A stretch of DNA of 64,000 bases from an uncultured Gemmatimonadaceae bacterium (lineage in GTDB: Bacteria > Gemmatimonadota > Gemmatimonadetes > Gemmatimonadales > Gemmatimonadaceae), in NCBI GenBank assembly GCA_963740355.1, contig CAVUDW010000002.1, forward strand, positions 1,600,001-1,664,000. Direction: 5' to 3'. Both the position numbers and the translations under genes were made by a program. Shown piece after piece: positions 18,535 to 28,783 of this stretch. The first letter of the stretch is position 1, and each line of letters opens with the position of its first letter. The notes under the pieces are model-generated. The model was not told the DNA's origin. It was given only the letters and a program-made list of their open reading frames with translations, and did no database searches.

Positions 18535-20517
18535 TCAGGGCCGCACAGTGAGTTCGACGGTCGACACGCTCGCGCCGAGTGCCGACGTTCCATCGTGCAT
18601 CACCGAGATGGTGTGTATGCCCGCTGTGAGCGAGATCGCGGGAAAGGTCACCCGACCGGCAGCGTCGGCTATGACAGTGCCGCCGGCGATTGGTTGGTTG
18701 TCGACGACCAGTCGGAGGGGGCCGACGATGGGACCACTGAGCGGCGGTGCCAGTGACAGCACGGCACTTACCGTGATCTGTTGTTGTGACGTTGCGCCAC
18801 TCGGCGAAATCGTGGTCGTCACCTGCGTGGGCGTGCGCCCGGGGCTTGGTGTGAAGGTGATGACTGCGCGGCCGTCGCCCACGTTCACACCGGTTGCGAA
18901 GTTGGCGCCCTGTGGGCCGTAGCTGCTGCCTCCGCCGCCGCCGGCGCCTGACTGAGGATATTCCCACGACGGGCCTCCGCCACCGCCCGCAAACCAGCCA
19001 CCGCCGCCGCCACCTCCGCCGGCGCCTCGACGAACGTGACCGACGTTCAGCGGGTTGTTGTCCGAGCCACCGTTGCCGCCGCCATTCAGGAGTGTGCCTG
19101 CATCGCCTGGCGTGAGGTACTTCGCGACACCGGCACTCGAACTCGCGCCGCCCGTGCCGTACGTGGTTTGCGTACCGGGATTTCCGCCGGTGGCAGACGA
19201 ATACACGAAGCCTTCCGTGACGTAGGAGAGCCCATCAGCACCGCGTGACGCCGACAGCCCACCGTCACCGCCGCGGGCGCCTGGGTCGTCGACTACGAAC
19301 GTCGTGCTCACTGCATCGAAGAGCCTGATGCTCGGCCCGCCGTCGCCACCCCCGCCACCAGCCACGAGAATGCGCCCGTGCAAGCCGGGGGCGTTGATCA
19401 GGTTCGGCACACCGCGTCGAACATCAGTCGCGCCACCGCCTGAGCGTCCATCGCGGTAGAGGATTGCAATGGTGTCCGCGATGAGTGCGCGATACGCCCC
19501 GCCGTCGCCGCCGCGGCCGCCGCCATTGGAGGCGTTGACGCGGTTTCCGGCCCCACCGAGACGGATCTGCAACTGCTCACCAGGAAAGACCTGAATCGTG
19601 GCTGTCGTGCGACCGCCCTTTCCACCAAGCCCTGCGCCCGCGTTGCCACCGCCCGATGCCCCATACAGATCGAAGGTCGCCTGGTACACATCCGCTGGCA
19701 CGGTCCAGATGTTGATTCCGGAGATGCCGCAGTTGCCCGGGAGCGAGCATGTCGGGCCGAGCTTCGTCAGCGTGATCATCGTTTCTTGTGCGCTGGCACC
19801 TGCCAGTACCGCATAGCTGCTGAACGACCCTGTCGGTCCTGTGACTGTGCGCGCCACTGTGTCTACGCTGCTGCCTGGCACCTCGATCCACGCGCCACTG
19901 GTGAGACGGTGCAGCCTGAGTGTCGTCGCGGATGCACCCGTCGGGAGGCTGCCCGCCTCGTACCGCAGCGCCAGCGTGACGGGTGATGCGAACGTACCGC
20001 TTGGTCCGAACTCGAAGGCCGTACCGGTGACCAGTCGCGCATCGGCGACGGGAGTCGTGATTCGTGAAATGCTTATTGGTCGATCGGTGGAGAGCGCGCC
20101 GGCCGGGATCGTGACGCGAGCAGCACCGCCGACAAATGAAGCCGAACCGCCAGCGGCGCCTACGACCGCACCGTCGAGTACTGTCACGGTCGCCGTGTCC
20201 GCCTTGCCATCGACGCTGGCAATCACCGTGGCACTGCCGGGCCCAACTCCGGTCACGAGGCCACCGGACACCGAGGCGACGGAAGCCGAACTACTCGTCC
20301 AGGTAATCGCGCGCCCGGTAAGGCTGGCACCACTCTGGTCGAGGGCCTGTGCCGTCAGTTGACGCGTTTGTGCCGCGACGAGGGTTGCCGTGTCGCTCAC
20401 CAGCGCGACGCGAGTCACCGTGGTTGGCGACGGGGGCGGCGGCGTCGTGGGTTCTGACCCGCCGCCACCACAGGCGGCGAGCAGGAGGGCGGTGATCAGG
20501 ATCTGAACGCGGGACAT
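18535..20517 (-). CDS. Surface lipoprotein: Ig-like + ZU5-like + glycine-rich (ALK/LTK-type) + Ig-like domains
   Basis: Lipobox LAAC; ITWTSSSASVASV (Big_2-like); VTIPAGAL..FEFGPSG.FASPVTL (ZU5-like); WTVP..LYGASGG..ILVAGGGGG..GGGGGSSY (glycine-rich domain). Confidence 0.75.
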   Translation of the reverse strand: MSRVQILITALLLAACGGGGSEPTTPPPPSPTTVTRVALVSDTATLVAAQTRQLTAQALDQSGASLTGRAITWTSSSASVASVSGGLVTGVGPGSATVIASVDGKADTATVTVLDGAVVGAAGGSASFVGGAARVTIPAGALSTDRPISISRITTPVADARLVTGTAFEFGPSGTFASPVTLALRYEAGSLPTGASATTLRLHRLTSGAWIEVPGSSVDTVARTVTGPTGSFSSYAVLAGASAQETMITLTKLGPTCSLPGNCGISGINIWTVPADVYQATFDLYGASGGGNAGAGLGGKGGRTTATIQVFPGEQLQIRLGGAGNRVNASNGGGRGGDGGAYRALIADTIAILYRDGRSGGGATDVRRGVPNLINAPGLHGRILVAGGGGGDGGPSIRLFDAVSTTFVVDDPGARGGDGGLSASRGADGLSYVTEGFVYSSATGGNPGTQTTYGTGGASSSAGVAKYLTPGDAGTLLNGGGNGGSDNNPLNVGHVRRGAGGGGGGGGWFAGGGGGPSWEYPQSGAGGGGGSSYGPQGANFATGVNVGDGRAVITFTPSPGRTPTQVTTTISPSGATSQQQITVSAVLSLAPPLSGPIVGPLRLVVDNQPIAGGTVIADAAGRVTFPAISLTAGIHTISVMHDGTSALGASVSTVELTVRP

Positions 20518-20680
20518 GTGATGGCTCCGGTGAATGGGGGCGATGTCCAGTCACGCGCAGAGGTGCCGGATTCTCTCTCACCGTGCGGTCTGGCCTCCTG
20601 CCGCGTGCGCCGCGATCCGACGTACTTTGTGCGCATCGAGCCGCATCGCACTGCCTGACCGTTCGCCACCCGGAGCCCGT

Positions 20681-22357
20681 GTGCGCCGTCCGTCCCGCAT
20701 CACACTGTCGTTCGTCGCCGCAATCGGCTGTTGCCTCGCGCAAGCTGCTCACGCCCAGCGTAACGCGTCCATGGCTGGGCGCTCGACGGTGTATGCGCCG
20801 TCCGGCATGGTCGCCACCAGCCAGCCCCTGGCGTCGGCGGCCGGACTGGAAGTGCTTCGGACCGGGGGCAACGCCATTGACGCCGCCGTCGCTGCCGCCG
20901 CCGTGCTGAGTGTCACCGAACCGCACATGACGGGGATCGGTGGCGATATGTTCGCGATCGTCTGGCTGGCGAAAGAGCAGCGCCTGGTTGCGCTCAATGC
21001 CAGTGGGCGCGCCGGTTCGTTGATGACACGCGAAACGCTCACCGCTCGCGGCTTCAGGCCGGGATCACAGCAAGGCGTGCTCTCGGTCACCGTGCCAGGC
21101 GCGTTGGCTGGCTGGGAGAAACTCGTTCGCACTTACGGGAAGCGCACCTTCGCCGCCGCGTTGCAGCCAGCCATTCGGTACGCGCGGGATGGATTCCCCG
21201 TCACGCCGATCATCGCCGAGCAATGGGCGGCCGAAACCGCGCTGCTACAGAAGGACTCTGCTGCGGCAGCGACATTCCTGCCGGGAGGGAAGGCGCCGCG
21301 CGCGGGCGACTGGTTCGTCAATCGTGATTACGCCACGACGCTTCAGACGATTGCCCGCGATGGCATAGCGACCTTCTATGGTGGCCCGCTCGGTCGACGC
21401 ATCGTGGCACGCCTCGCCGCCCTCGATGGGCTGGTCACGAACGACGACATGCGTCGCAACGCACCTTCGTGGGTGACGCCGATCTCGGTGCCGTTCAAGG
21501 GCTATCGCGTCTGGGAGTTGCCACCGAACAACCAGGGCATCGCCGCGCTCGAAATGCTGCGCATCCTCGAGACGTATGACCTGAAGGCAATGGGTCACAA
21601 TTCGGCGCCATATCTGCACCACCTGATCGAGGCGAAGAAGCTGGCCTATGCCGACCTCGATCGGTTCGTGGGTGACGCGGATCATCTCGATATGCCGGCG
21701 GGGAACATGCTCACCGACGCATTCATCGCCGAGCGGCGCGGGCACCTCGATGCGGGCAAGGCGCAGCCGCGCGTCGATCCCGGCCCGCTTCGGACTGCCA
21801 GCGAAACCATCTATCTCACGACGGCCGACGCCGAGGGGAACATGGTGTCGCTGATCAACTCCAACTACGACGCATTTGGCTCAGGCATCGTGGTGCCTGG
21901 CACCGGTTTCGCACTGCACAATCGTGGGGCGGGGTTCACACTCACTCCTGGTCTGCCGAACACTGTTGCGCCGGGCAAGCGGCCGTTTCACACGCTGATT
22001 CCGGGGTTCGTGACGCGCACCGACGGCGCGCGCGAGCAGCCCTACATGAGCTTCGGGTTGATGGGTGGAGGCATGCAGGCGCAGGGTCATGTGCAATTCC
22101 TGCTCAACCACCTCGTGTTCGGGATGGACGTGCAGCAGAGCATCGACGCAGCGCGGTTCCGTCATCTCGATGGGCAACGGGTCGCGATCGAGACGCCGGT
22201 AGGTGATGGCGTGCGCTCCGCACTCACCGCGATGGGGCATCAGCTGGTGGATGAGCGGCCGGTGTCATTCGGCGGCGCGCAGGCGATCGTGCGGCTGGCG
22301 CGAGGGTATTCGGCGGGGAGTGATCCGCGGAAGGATGGGATGGCGGTGGGGTACTGA
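20681..22357 (+). CDS. ggt: Gamma-glutamyltransferase family (Ntn hydrolase), exported
   Basis: GMVATSQPLAS, GGNAIDAAVA, EPHMTGIGGD, nucleophile ETIYL, PGKRPFHTL, GSDPRKDG; GTG start with a GGAG RBS. Confidence 0.93.
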   Translation: MRRPSRITLSFVAAIGCCLAQAAHAQRNASMAGRSTVYAPSGMVATSQPLASAAGLEVLRTGGNAIDAAVAAAAVLSVTEPHMTGIGGDMFAIVWLAKEQRLVALNASGRAGSLMTRETLTARGFRPGSQQGVLSVTVPGALAGWEKLVRTYGKRTFAAALQPAIRYARDGFPVTPIIAEQWAAETALLQKDSAAAATFLPGGKAPRAGDWFVNRDYATTLQTIARDGIATFYGGPLGRRIVARLAALDGLVTNDDMRRNAPSWVTPISVPFKGYRVWELPPNNQGIAALEMLRILETYDLKAMGHNSAPYLHHLIEAKKLAYADLDRFVGDADHLDMPAGNMLTDAFIAERRGHLDAGKAQPRVDPGPLRTASETIYLTTADAEGNMVSLINSNYDAFGSGIVVPGTGFALHNRGAGFTLTPGLPNTVAPGKRPFHTLIPGFVTRTDGAREQPYMSFGLMGGGMQAQGHVQFLLNHLVFGMDVQQSIDAARFRHLDGQRVAIETPVGDGVRSALTAMGHQLVDERPVSFGGAQAIVRLARGYSAGSDPRKDGMAVGY

Positions 22358-22476
22358 GGATTCGATTTCGCTACCTACCACAGAACTCGTGGTGGGAGGT
22401 GTGATCGGCGAACGCTTCTCTCGCGCCGGGTCTCTCACCACGAAACATCAAGTCGCTTCCACGGCACGCGTCGAAC

Positions 22477-22863
22477 TCACTGCCCCTTGGCGCGCACCGA
22501 GTCGTACCGCATGCCGAGGTTGCGTGAGTCGCCGCCGCGGATATCAACCTTGAGCACTGCCGTCTTTTCGGACCTGTTCGAAAAGACCGCCATCTCGCGC
22601 GACTGAAATTCGGCCTCGATCGTGGAATCGGGAGCGAGCACTATCACCGGTCGGCGGGTCCCGCCCGCGTCGACGAAGACCTCCACTGGCACGGCGCCGG
22701 TATTCTTCACCGTCGCGCTGAACCGTCCGGCCTGCCCACCACCGAGGAGGAACGACTGGCCGGCACCGATTGACGTTTCGCTGTGCAAGCTGCTCCAACT
22801 TGCGCAGGCGGCCGATGTGGCGAGGACGGCGATGAGGCGGGTCCAGCGGTGGGTGATCGACAT
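22477..22863 (-). CDS. Hypothetical small lipoprotein
   Basis: MSITHRWTRLIAVLATSAAC signal/lipobox; beta-rich mature part. Confidence 0.6.
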   Translation of the reverse strand: MSITHRWTRLIAVLATSAACASWSSLHSETSIGAGQSFLLGGGQAGRFSATVKNTGAVPVEVFVDAGGTRRPVIVLAPDSTIEAEFQSREMAVFSNRSEKTAVLKVDIRGGDSRNLGMRYDSVRAKGQ

Positions 22864-23012
22864 GGCCTTAAGCTCCGCAGTGTTTCGGTGTCTGGCGATT
22901 GACCTGCTGCAGACCTGTTCGTGTAATCGCCGACAATGGATGCAGGCCGGGCGACGACGCACATCTCGACCGGCGGATCGGCCGCCCGCGCAGTATTTCA
23001 ATGCGAGTAAGT

Positions 23013-23054
23013 CATGCGGGGCGTGCGCCGTAGAAACAGCGCACGCCCCGCATG
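23013..23054 (-). terminator. GC-rich hairpin downstream of the fasciclin gene
   Basis: CATGCGGGGCGTGCGC...GCGCACGCCCCGCATG, perfect 16-bp stem 20 nt past the stop; weak U tail. Confidence 0.55.
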
Positions 23055-23074
23055 GTCACCGCTGGAGCCGTGAA

Positions 23075-23989
23075 TTACGGCAGCAACACCCGGTCAATCA
23101 CATGAATGACGCCGTTCTTGGCGACGATGTCAGCCGGCCCGACTGTCGCAGTGTTCGACGGACCAGCCACGGTGATCGTGCCACCGGTGATGCCGACGGT
23201 CAACTGCGGCCCCTGCAGCGTGGTCAGCTTCTGACCGTTGGTCAGGCCACTCGAGAGCGCGCGCGCGCCGATCACGTGCAGCTTGAGCACGTTGCCGAGG
23301 GTCGTGGTGTTGGTCGGAGCGCCGCCGGGGATCGCGGCAAATGCCGCGTTGGTCGGTGCGAAGACCGTCAAGCCGGCTGTGCCACCGCCGCGCAATGCGG
23401 TCACGAGATCTGCGGCGGCGACCGCGCCCACCAGCGAGGAGAAGCCGCGAATGGTGGCCTGATCCACGATGTCCAACGAGCCGAGCAACACACCGTCGAT
23501 CAGGTGCACCACGCCATTCGATGCGGCGATGTCAGCCGAGGTGACCGTTGCGCCGCCAACCTTCACCACGCCTGCCGCAATCGACACGGTGAGTTGCGTG
23601 CCTTCGACCGTCGTCAGCACCTGACCGTTGGTCAGGTCCGCTGCGCGGAAGCGACCAGACACGACATGGTAGCCGAGCAGCTTGGTCAGGATCGCGGCAT
23701 TGCCACTCGCGAGCAGATTGTCCACGACACCGGCCGGCAGGGCGGTGAAGGCACTGTTCACCGGTGCGAACACGGTGAAGGGCCCGGCGCCATTGAGCGT
23801 GGCCGTCAAGCCTGCCTGTGTCAGCGCCGCCGTCAGCGTGGACAGCGAAGCCGTCGTCGCGGCGGTCTGCGTGATGGTCACTGGGGTCGGCTCAGTGCTG
23901 GAATTGCTGTCGCACGCTGCCGTTCCGAACAGGGCCAGCGAGAGCGACGTCGCCGCGAAGGCACGACGCGTGAGGGAATTGATGTTCAT
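23075..23989 (-). CDS. Tandem fasciclin (FAS1) domain lipoprotein
   Basis: Two repeats of TVFAP.N.AF ... ADI.A.NGV.H.ID.VL; lipobox TAAC. Confidence 0.93.
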   Translation of the reverse strand: MNINSLTRRAFAATSLSLALFGTAACDSNSSTEPTPVTITQTAATTASLSTLTAALTQAGLTATLNGAGPFTVFAPVNSAFTALPAGVVDNLLASGNAAILTKLLGYHVVSGRFRAADLTNGQVLTTVEGTQLTVSIAAGVVKVGGATVTSADIAASNGVVHLIDGVLLGSLDIVDQATIRGFSSLVGAVAAADLVTALRGGGTAGLTVFAPTNAAFAAIPGGAPTNTTTLGNVLKLHVIGARALSSGLTNGQKLTTLQGPQLTVGITGGTITVAGPSNTATVGPADIVAKNGVIHVIDRVLLP

Positions 23990-24191
23990 GTCGCGTATGT
24001 CGAGTAGAGGAAAGGGTCCGTCGTCACGATTCGTGACGTGGTCGCTTCCAGAGAACACGCGACACGCGATGCATGACTAGTCCGCGCAAGTACAAGATGG
24101 ATGGATCGCATCCGAGCCGGACACGATCCGCTGTCTCGTCGCGCGTGATGTGTCGTGCACTCGCGCCCAACCTGTCTCGGCGGCTTGGCCG

Positions 24192-26987
24192 TCACGGCGC
24201 AATGCGCAGTGTCAATGCGAACTGCCGCGCAGGCAGGTAGCGGGGAACCATGCGCAGTTCGCTGCCGCCCGGCGTGACGCGCTGCAGACCAAAGTCGAGC
24301 ACATTGCGTCGGTCGAAGAGATTCTGCAGCGACGCACCGATCGCAACATGCGTCGCGCCGATCGCTCGCGTCCACGTGGCACCGAGATCGGCGTCCACGA
24401 TGGCCGGTCGTGCCATCGTACCCGGCGCATCGAGCGCCAGGTCGGTATTCGACTGCGAGGCGCCGAACAGGTCGTAGAATGTCTGCCGAAGTGCCCAGCT
24501 CCGTCCCCAGACGCCGCGCGTGCGCGCCGCGATCACCAATCCGTGCGCGGGCTCCACTTCGACGGCGAGAAGCGCGCGCAGTGGTTCGAGCCAGGGGGGC
24601 GGCTGCATCGTGCCGCCGAAACGCGAGGGATACGTGCGACGCGCCACGCCGCCGTCCACACTCAGCGCGAGTCGCGCGGGCCACGTGCGCACCCGGCCGT
24701 CTCGCAAGGCGCGCACCCCGGCACCGGCCGCATATCCTCTCGCCCGCTGTGCGTAGCGACTCGAAGACAACGGCGCCGCGGCCGCGGTGCTGTCGAAGAG
24801 CGCGCCGTAGTCAAACGCGAGCAGTACGGGCTGCCACTTCCCGTATAGTTCACCGCGCAGTTCCCATCCATTCCACGGGCGCGCTGTACCCTCGAATGCG
24901 GCATGCCATGCCTGCGGAACGCCGGTGGTGGAATTTGCCGGCAACCAGAAGCGAACACTTGGCACCAGTGCCACCGGCATCGTGGTTGCCACGTCGAACT
25001 GGTTGACGAACTGATGGTAGCCGCCCGCCGACAGTCGCCAGGCATACGTGCCGAGCGTCGAGTGATCACCATCTGCCCGCATCGCGAGGCGTGGTTCGGC
25101 ATAGCGACCACCCCCGGCGAGCGCAGTGATGCGAACACCAAGGTCGAGCCAGTGCCGACTGCCAAGCTGTCGCGTCGCTTCGCTCCACACTGTTCCACGC
25201 GATTCGATCATCGTGGCATCGAGCGGACGAAGCACCGTGTTGGCGAGACGCATGTGTGCCGACGTACGCGTTGCCTCGCCGCCCCAGCGCAGCTCCCAGT
25301 TTGCCGACCCGGCGCGCGTCCACTCCGCACTGAGCGCTGCCTCACGCAGCGTGTCCCCTTCGGCGCCAACCATGTTGCCACCGGCGCCACCGTCGAGCCG
25401 CAACCACCCATCATGACCGAGATCGTGCTGCAGGGCGCGAAGTTGAATCGTCTGCGTCACACGGGAACCAAGCAACATCGTGTGACGCCCCTGAATGGAC
25501 TGGGTGCGCCACGAATAAGCATCCCGTGACTGCAGGCCAGTTGCGACAGGGTCGCGCGCGAGCGCCTCAGTCGCAATGCCGTGGCGTCCGCGATACGCGG
25601 ATACGTCGAGACGCTGAAAGTCCCCGAATTCCGCTCGAACCGCCGCATGGTACTCCTGCAAGTCGATCCGCGTCTCGGCGGCAGGCACCTGAAGTGTGGA
25701 ACCGTCACGCCCTGCACTCGTCGACGTGCTGTTCGCTCCGGTCAGGCGCTCGATCAGCACCGCGTCAGGCGCATTCCAGTCCCGGAACGCACGCGAGAGC
25801 GAGGACGGAGCCGACCATGACCACAAGCCACCGCGCGCGGCAACCATCGAGCGCAGTCGCACGTCGCCCACCGTGAGTGGAGCGGTGATGCGTGCCGAGA
25901 CCGCCAGTGGATCCACCTCGACGACCGTGGATGGCCGCGTGGACGCCTGATCGCCGAAGGAGTGCGTGAGGTCGATGACGCCAGCGGTGAACGAACCTTC
26001 GCGTGCGCCGAAACCTGCCCGGCGCACGGTGACCTGCTCGATTGCCGGTGCTGCGACACTCCCCAGAAGCCCCGACAGCATGGAGGCATCGTAGAGTGGA
26101 ACGCCGTCCAGCCGCCACGGGAACTCGCCAACCTCGCCACCCTGCACGTGCAGGTCACCCGTACCATCACGACGCGATACGCCCAGCAGGACGGGGGCGC
26201 CCGGCAGGAAGAACGCCGGCGCGCGAAGCCAGAGGGACGCTGCCGAGTCGGCGAGGCGCTGGGCACCGAGTCCCGCGCTCACATCTGGCGCGATGCCGTT
26301 GATGATGATGGGTGTCGGCAGTGCGTCGAGCCGTTCCAATACGAATCTTCGGCGTTCCCGACCCGCCGGAATGAGTTCGAGCTGGCCGCGCCACGGGCGA
26401 TATCCGATTGCCTGAACGAACACCGCGTAGCGGCCGGGCAACAGGCGCTCGAACGCAAACTCTCCGGACGTGCCCGCGAATCGGGACGCGACAGATTCTG
26501 CGAGGCCGATGCGCGCCGATGGAACCGGCGACAGCGTTGCGGCGTCGAGCACGACTCCAGACAGACTTGCAAATGCCGCGGGCCGCTCTGCGCGATCGAC
26601 GACGACGTAGGTGCCTGACGACAGCCGGTACCAATCAAGCCCCGCCTCGCGCGTGATGCAGTCGAGCACGCGTTCCGCATTGGCATCACGGAGGCGGCAC
26701 GAGATGCGCGCCGGCGCCCGACGGAGCGAGTCCGCCGAGTGTGCGAGGTCACCACCCCAGACCAGGCTCATTCCGCTCAGCGTCGCCAGTTGTTCGAGTG
26801 CGTCAGTGACCTGCACTCCGACAAAGGCCACCGTCACGTTGCGGATCGGCTCCGTGCGTACAGCCTCGACTCGCGCAGGTGCCTGGGCACCGGTCGATCG
26901 GAGCGGCGCGAACAGCGACAACGACAGCAGCACTGCGCACATGCTGAGTCGACGCGCAGGTCTGCGACACTTCACACGAGCGTTCAC
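24192..26987 (-). CDS. TonB-dependent receptor/transducer with an N-terminal signalling domain and a carboxypeptidase-regulatory-like domain
   Basis: STN-like N-terminus, LSGVVLDAAT..PVPSA, plug LHVQGG..LDGVPLY..GVIDL, EPRL, C-terminal QNLFDRRN; GTGA overlap with the FecR gene. Confidence 0.85.
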   Translation of the reverse strand: MNARVKCRRPARRLSMCAVLLSLSLFAPLRSTGAQAPARVEAVRTEPIRNVTVAFVGVQVTDALEQLATLSGMSLVWGGDLAHSADSLRRAPARISCRLRDANAERVLDCITREAGLDWYRLSSGTYVVVDRAERPAAFASLSGVVLDAATLSPVPSARIGLAESVASRFAGTSGEFAFERLLPGRYAVFVQAIGYRPWRGQLELIPAGRERRRFVLERLDALPTPIIINGIAPDVSAGLGAQRLADSAASLWLRAPAFFLPGAPVLLGVSRRDGTGDLHVQGGEVGEFPWRLDGVPLYDASMLSGLLGSVAAPAIEQVTVRRAGFGAREGSFTAGVIDLTHSFGDQASTRPSTVVEVDPLAVSARITAPLTVGDVRLRSMVAARGGLWSWSAPSSLSRAFRDWNAPDAVLIERLTGANSTSTSAGRDGSTLQVPAAETRIDLQEYHAAVRAEFGDFQRLDVSAYRGRHGIATEALARDPVATGLQSRDAYSWRTQSIQGRHTMLLGSRVTQTIQLRALQHDLGHDGWLRLDGGAGGNMVGAEGDTLREAALSAEWTRAGSANWELRWGGEATRTSAHMRLANTVLRPLDATMIESRGTVWSEATRQLGSRHWLDLGVRITALAGGGRYAEPRLAMRADGDHSTLGTYAWRLSAGGYHQFVNQFDVATTMPVALVPSVRFWLPANSTTGVPQAWHAAFEGTARPWNGWELRGELYGKWQPVLLAFDYGALFDSTAAAAPLSSSRYAQRARGYAAGAGVRALRDGRVRTWPARLALSVDGGVARRTYPSRFGGTMQPPPWLEPLRALLAVEVEPAHGLVIAARTRGVWGRSWALRQTFYDLFGASQSNTDLALDAPGTMARPAIVDADLGATWTRAIGATHVAIGASLQNLFDRRNVLDFGLQRVTPGGSELRMVPRYLPARQFALTLRIAP

Positions 26988-28045
26988 TGCGGTTGACTGA
27001 CCGCCGAGACGCGGAACCCGCGGCTGGTTCGCGTGAACCGGAGCCCGCGTGCAGCGCTCAGATCGGCGAGTACACGTTCCAGCGAGGGGGCCTCCGCATA
27101 GAAAAATGTGACCGTTGACTCCGCAGCGACGCCGCGCTCGAGTACGATCTCGACGCCAGTGCGGCGCTCGAGATCGGCCAGGACGTCGCCCAGCGATTCA
27201 TTCACGGCAGACAGCCCCCCAGTGCGCCAACTGGTGGCCTGGGTGATGCTCGCCACCTTGCGTCGCTCGGCAGCGCCGCTGACACCGATCACCGCTGCGT
27301 CCCCCGCAGCCAGTGTGAGCGCGACCGCTGTGCCGACGCGCCCCTCCACGCTGACGCGGCCCTCCTCCACCAGAACGCGCGTTCCTGAACTGGCCGTCGC
27401 TGACCGAACGTCGAAGTGCGTGCCGAGCACTCGCACGACGGCGTCGCCGGTCATCACGGTGAATGGTCGTCCGTCGCGAGCGACATCAAAGAATGCCTCG
27501 CCTGAAAGCTGCACATCGCGCACGGGGAGCTGAGCGCCGAACCAGGCGCGGAAGCCTCGCGCCACGCGCAGCTCAGAGCCGGGTGCCAACGTCACGGTCG
27601 ATCCATCGACGAGCATCATGGTTTTCGGAGCTGCACCAGCAACGACGGCGTGTCGCTCCGGAACGGATTGCCATAGCCCGGCACCGCCAAGAAGTACGGC
27701 AAGCGTCGCGGCAACTCGCCACGCTGTCACACTGAACCGTCGAGCGAACGGGTGCGGTTCCCGGGTGTTCCGAAACAGGGCATTGGTGCGACGCGCAACG
27801 ACGCCCTCATCTGGCAGAACGGCAATCGGCGGCGCTTCCACGGTGAGGGAGCGCTCCGGGTCGTGGATACGCGCAGCCACGCGTTGCCAGGCGGCCTCAC
27901 GACGGGTGCGGCTCTCCGCATCGTCGGGGTGCGCTTCTGCCGACGGCAAGGCGTTCCAGAGCTCACCGAGCGCGGCTCCGTCGGTGCGTTGTTCAAGCGC
28001 TTCACGGAGCGCCGATGGAACCGGGGTGCGCGGAGAGTTCGTCAT
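26984..28045 (-). CDS. FecR-family anti-sigma factor
   Basis: TM followed by LVDGSTVTLAPGSEL, LSGEAFFDVA, VRVLGTHFDV, VEEGRV; ATGA overlap with the sigma gene. Confidence 0.93.
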   Translation of the reverse strand: MTNSPRTPVPSALREALEQRTDGAALGELWNALPSAEAHPDDAESRTRREAAWQRVAARIHDPERSLTVEAPPIAVLPDEGVVARRTNALFRNTREPHPFARRFSVTAWRVAATLAVLLGGAGLWQSVPERHAVVAGAAPKTMMLVDGSTVTLAPGSELRVARGFRAWFGAQLPVRDVQLSGEAFFDVARDGRPFTVMTGDAVVRVLGTHFDVRSATASSGTRVLVEEGRVSVEGRVGTAVALTLAAGDAAVIGVSGAAERRKVASITQATSWRTGGLSAVNESLGDVLADLERRTGVEIVLERGVAAESTVTFFYAEAPSLERVLADLSAARGLRFTRTSRGFRVSAVSQPQ

Positions 28046-28641
28046 GACAGCATCCAGGACAATGAGGCAACGAGGGCGCCGCTCAGTTGCTGACGCAGAA
28101 ATGCGAGGGCCGCGACGAGATGATTGTTCACCGTGCGCGGGGCGCATCCCATCACGTCGGCCACTTCATCGTGCGACAGTCCCTCGATGCGCGACAAGGT
28201 GATTGCTTCACGCTGCCGAGCGGGAAGGGCCGCGATGAGGCGTGTCAACTCTTCGCCCAGTTCGAGCGCCGCGAGATGCTCGCCTGGCGCGACCGCCGCC
28301 TGCGGGATCACGGCGGTCCCGACGAGGCTTACATCATCGAGCAGGCGCTGTCGCGTGCGATCGTCACGCAGATGGTTGAGCGAGAGGTTGCGCACGATGC
28401 GGTAGAGGTAGGCGCGGAGCGGTTGGTCGGGAGCGAGCGAGCTGCGGCGATCCCAGGTGCGGACGAACGCCTCCTGCACGAGATCTTCGGCCGCCGTGAC
28501 GTCTCGCACGATCCCCAGCGCGAAACGCACGAGGGGGTCGTAGAGGCCGTCGAAGAGGGTCCGGAAGGCGCGTTCGTCGCCCGCCTGAATCGGCCCGGCC
28601 AGTTGGCCGAAAGGATCGGGAGGCGCAGGTGGGGTCGTCAT
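28042..28641 (-). CDS. ECF RNA polymerase sigma-70 factor (FecI-like)
   Basis: GDERAFRTLF, AEDLVQEAF, YLYRIVRN, LPARQREAITL..EGLSHDEVA. Confidence 0.95.
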   Translation of the reverse strand: MTTPPAPPDPFGQLAGPIQAGDERAFRTLFDGLYDPLVRFALGIVRDVTAAEDLVQEAFVRTWDRRSSLAPDQPLRAYLYRIVRNLSLNHLRDDRTRQRLLDDVSLVGTAVIPQAAVAPGEHLAALELGEELTRLIAALPARQREAITLSRIEGLSHDEVADVMGCAPRTVNNHLVAALAFLRQQLSGALVASLSWMLS

Positions 28642-28783
28642 CACTCGTATGAACACGCAAGATGAGGGGCATGACCAGTGCTGGGGCGTTTGGGCATGCC
28701 CAGAAATCCCTCCATTCGGTCGAGAGCCGCAACCGCTTCCCTCGAAACTGGACAGCCATCAGCCCCGCCGCTACGCTTTCGGC

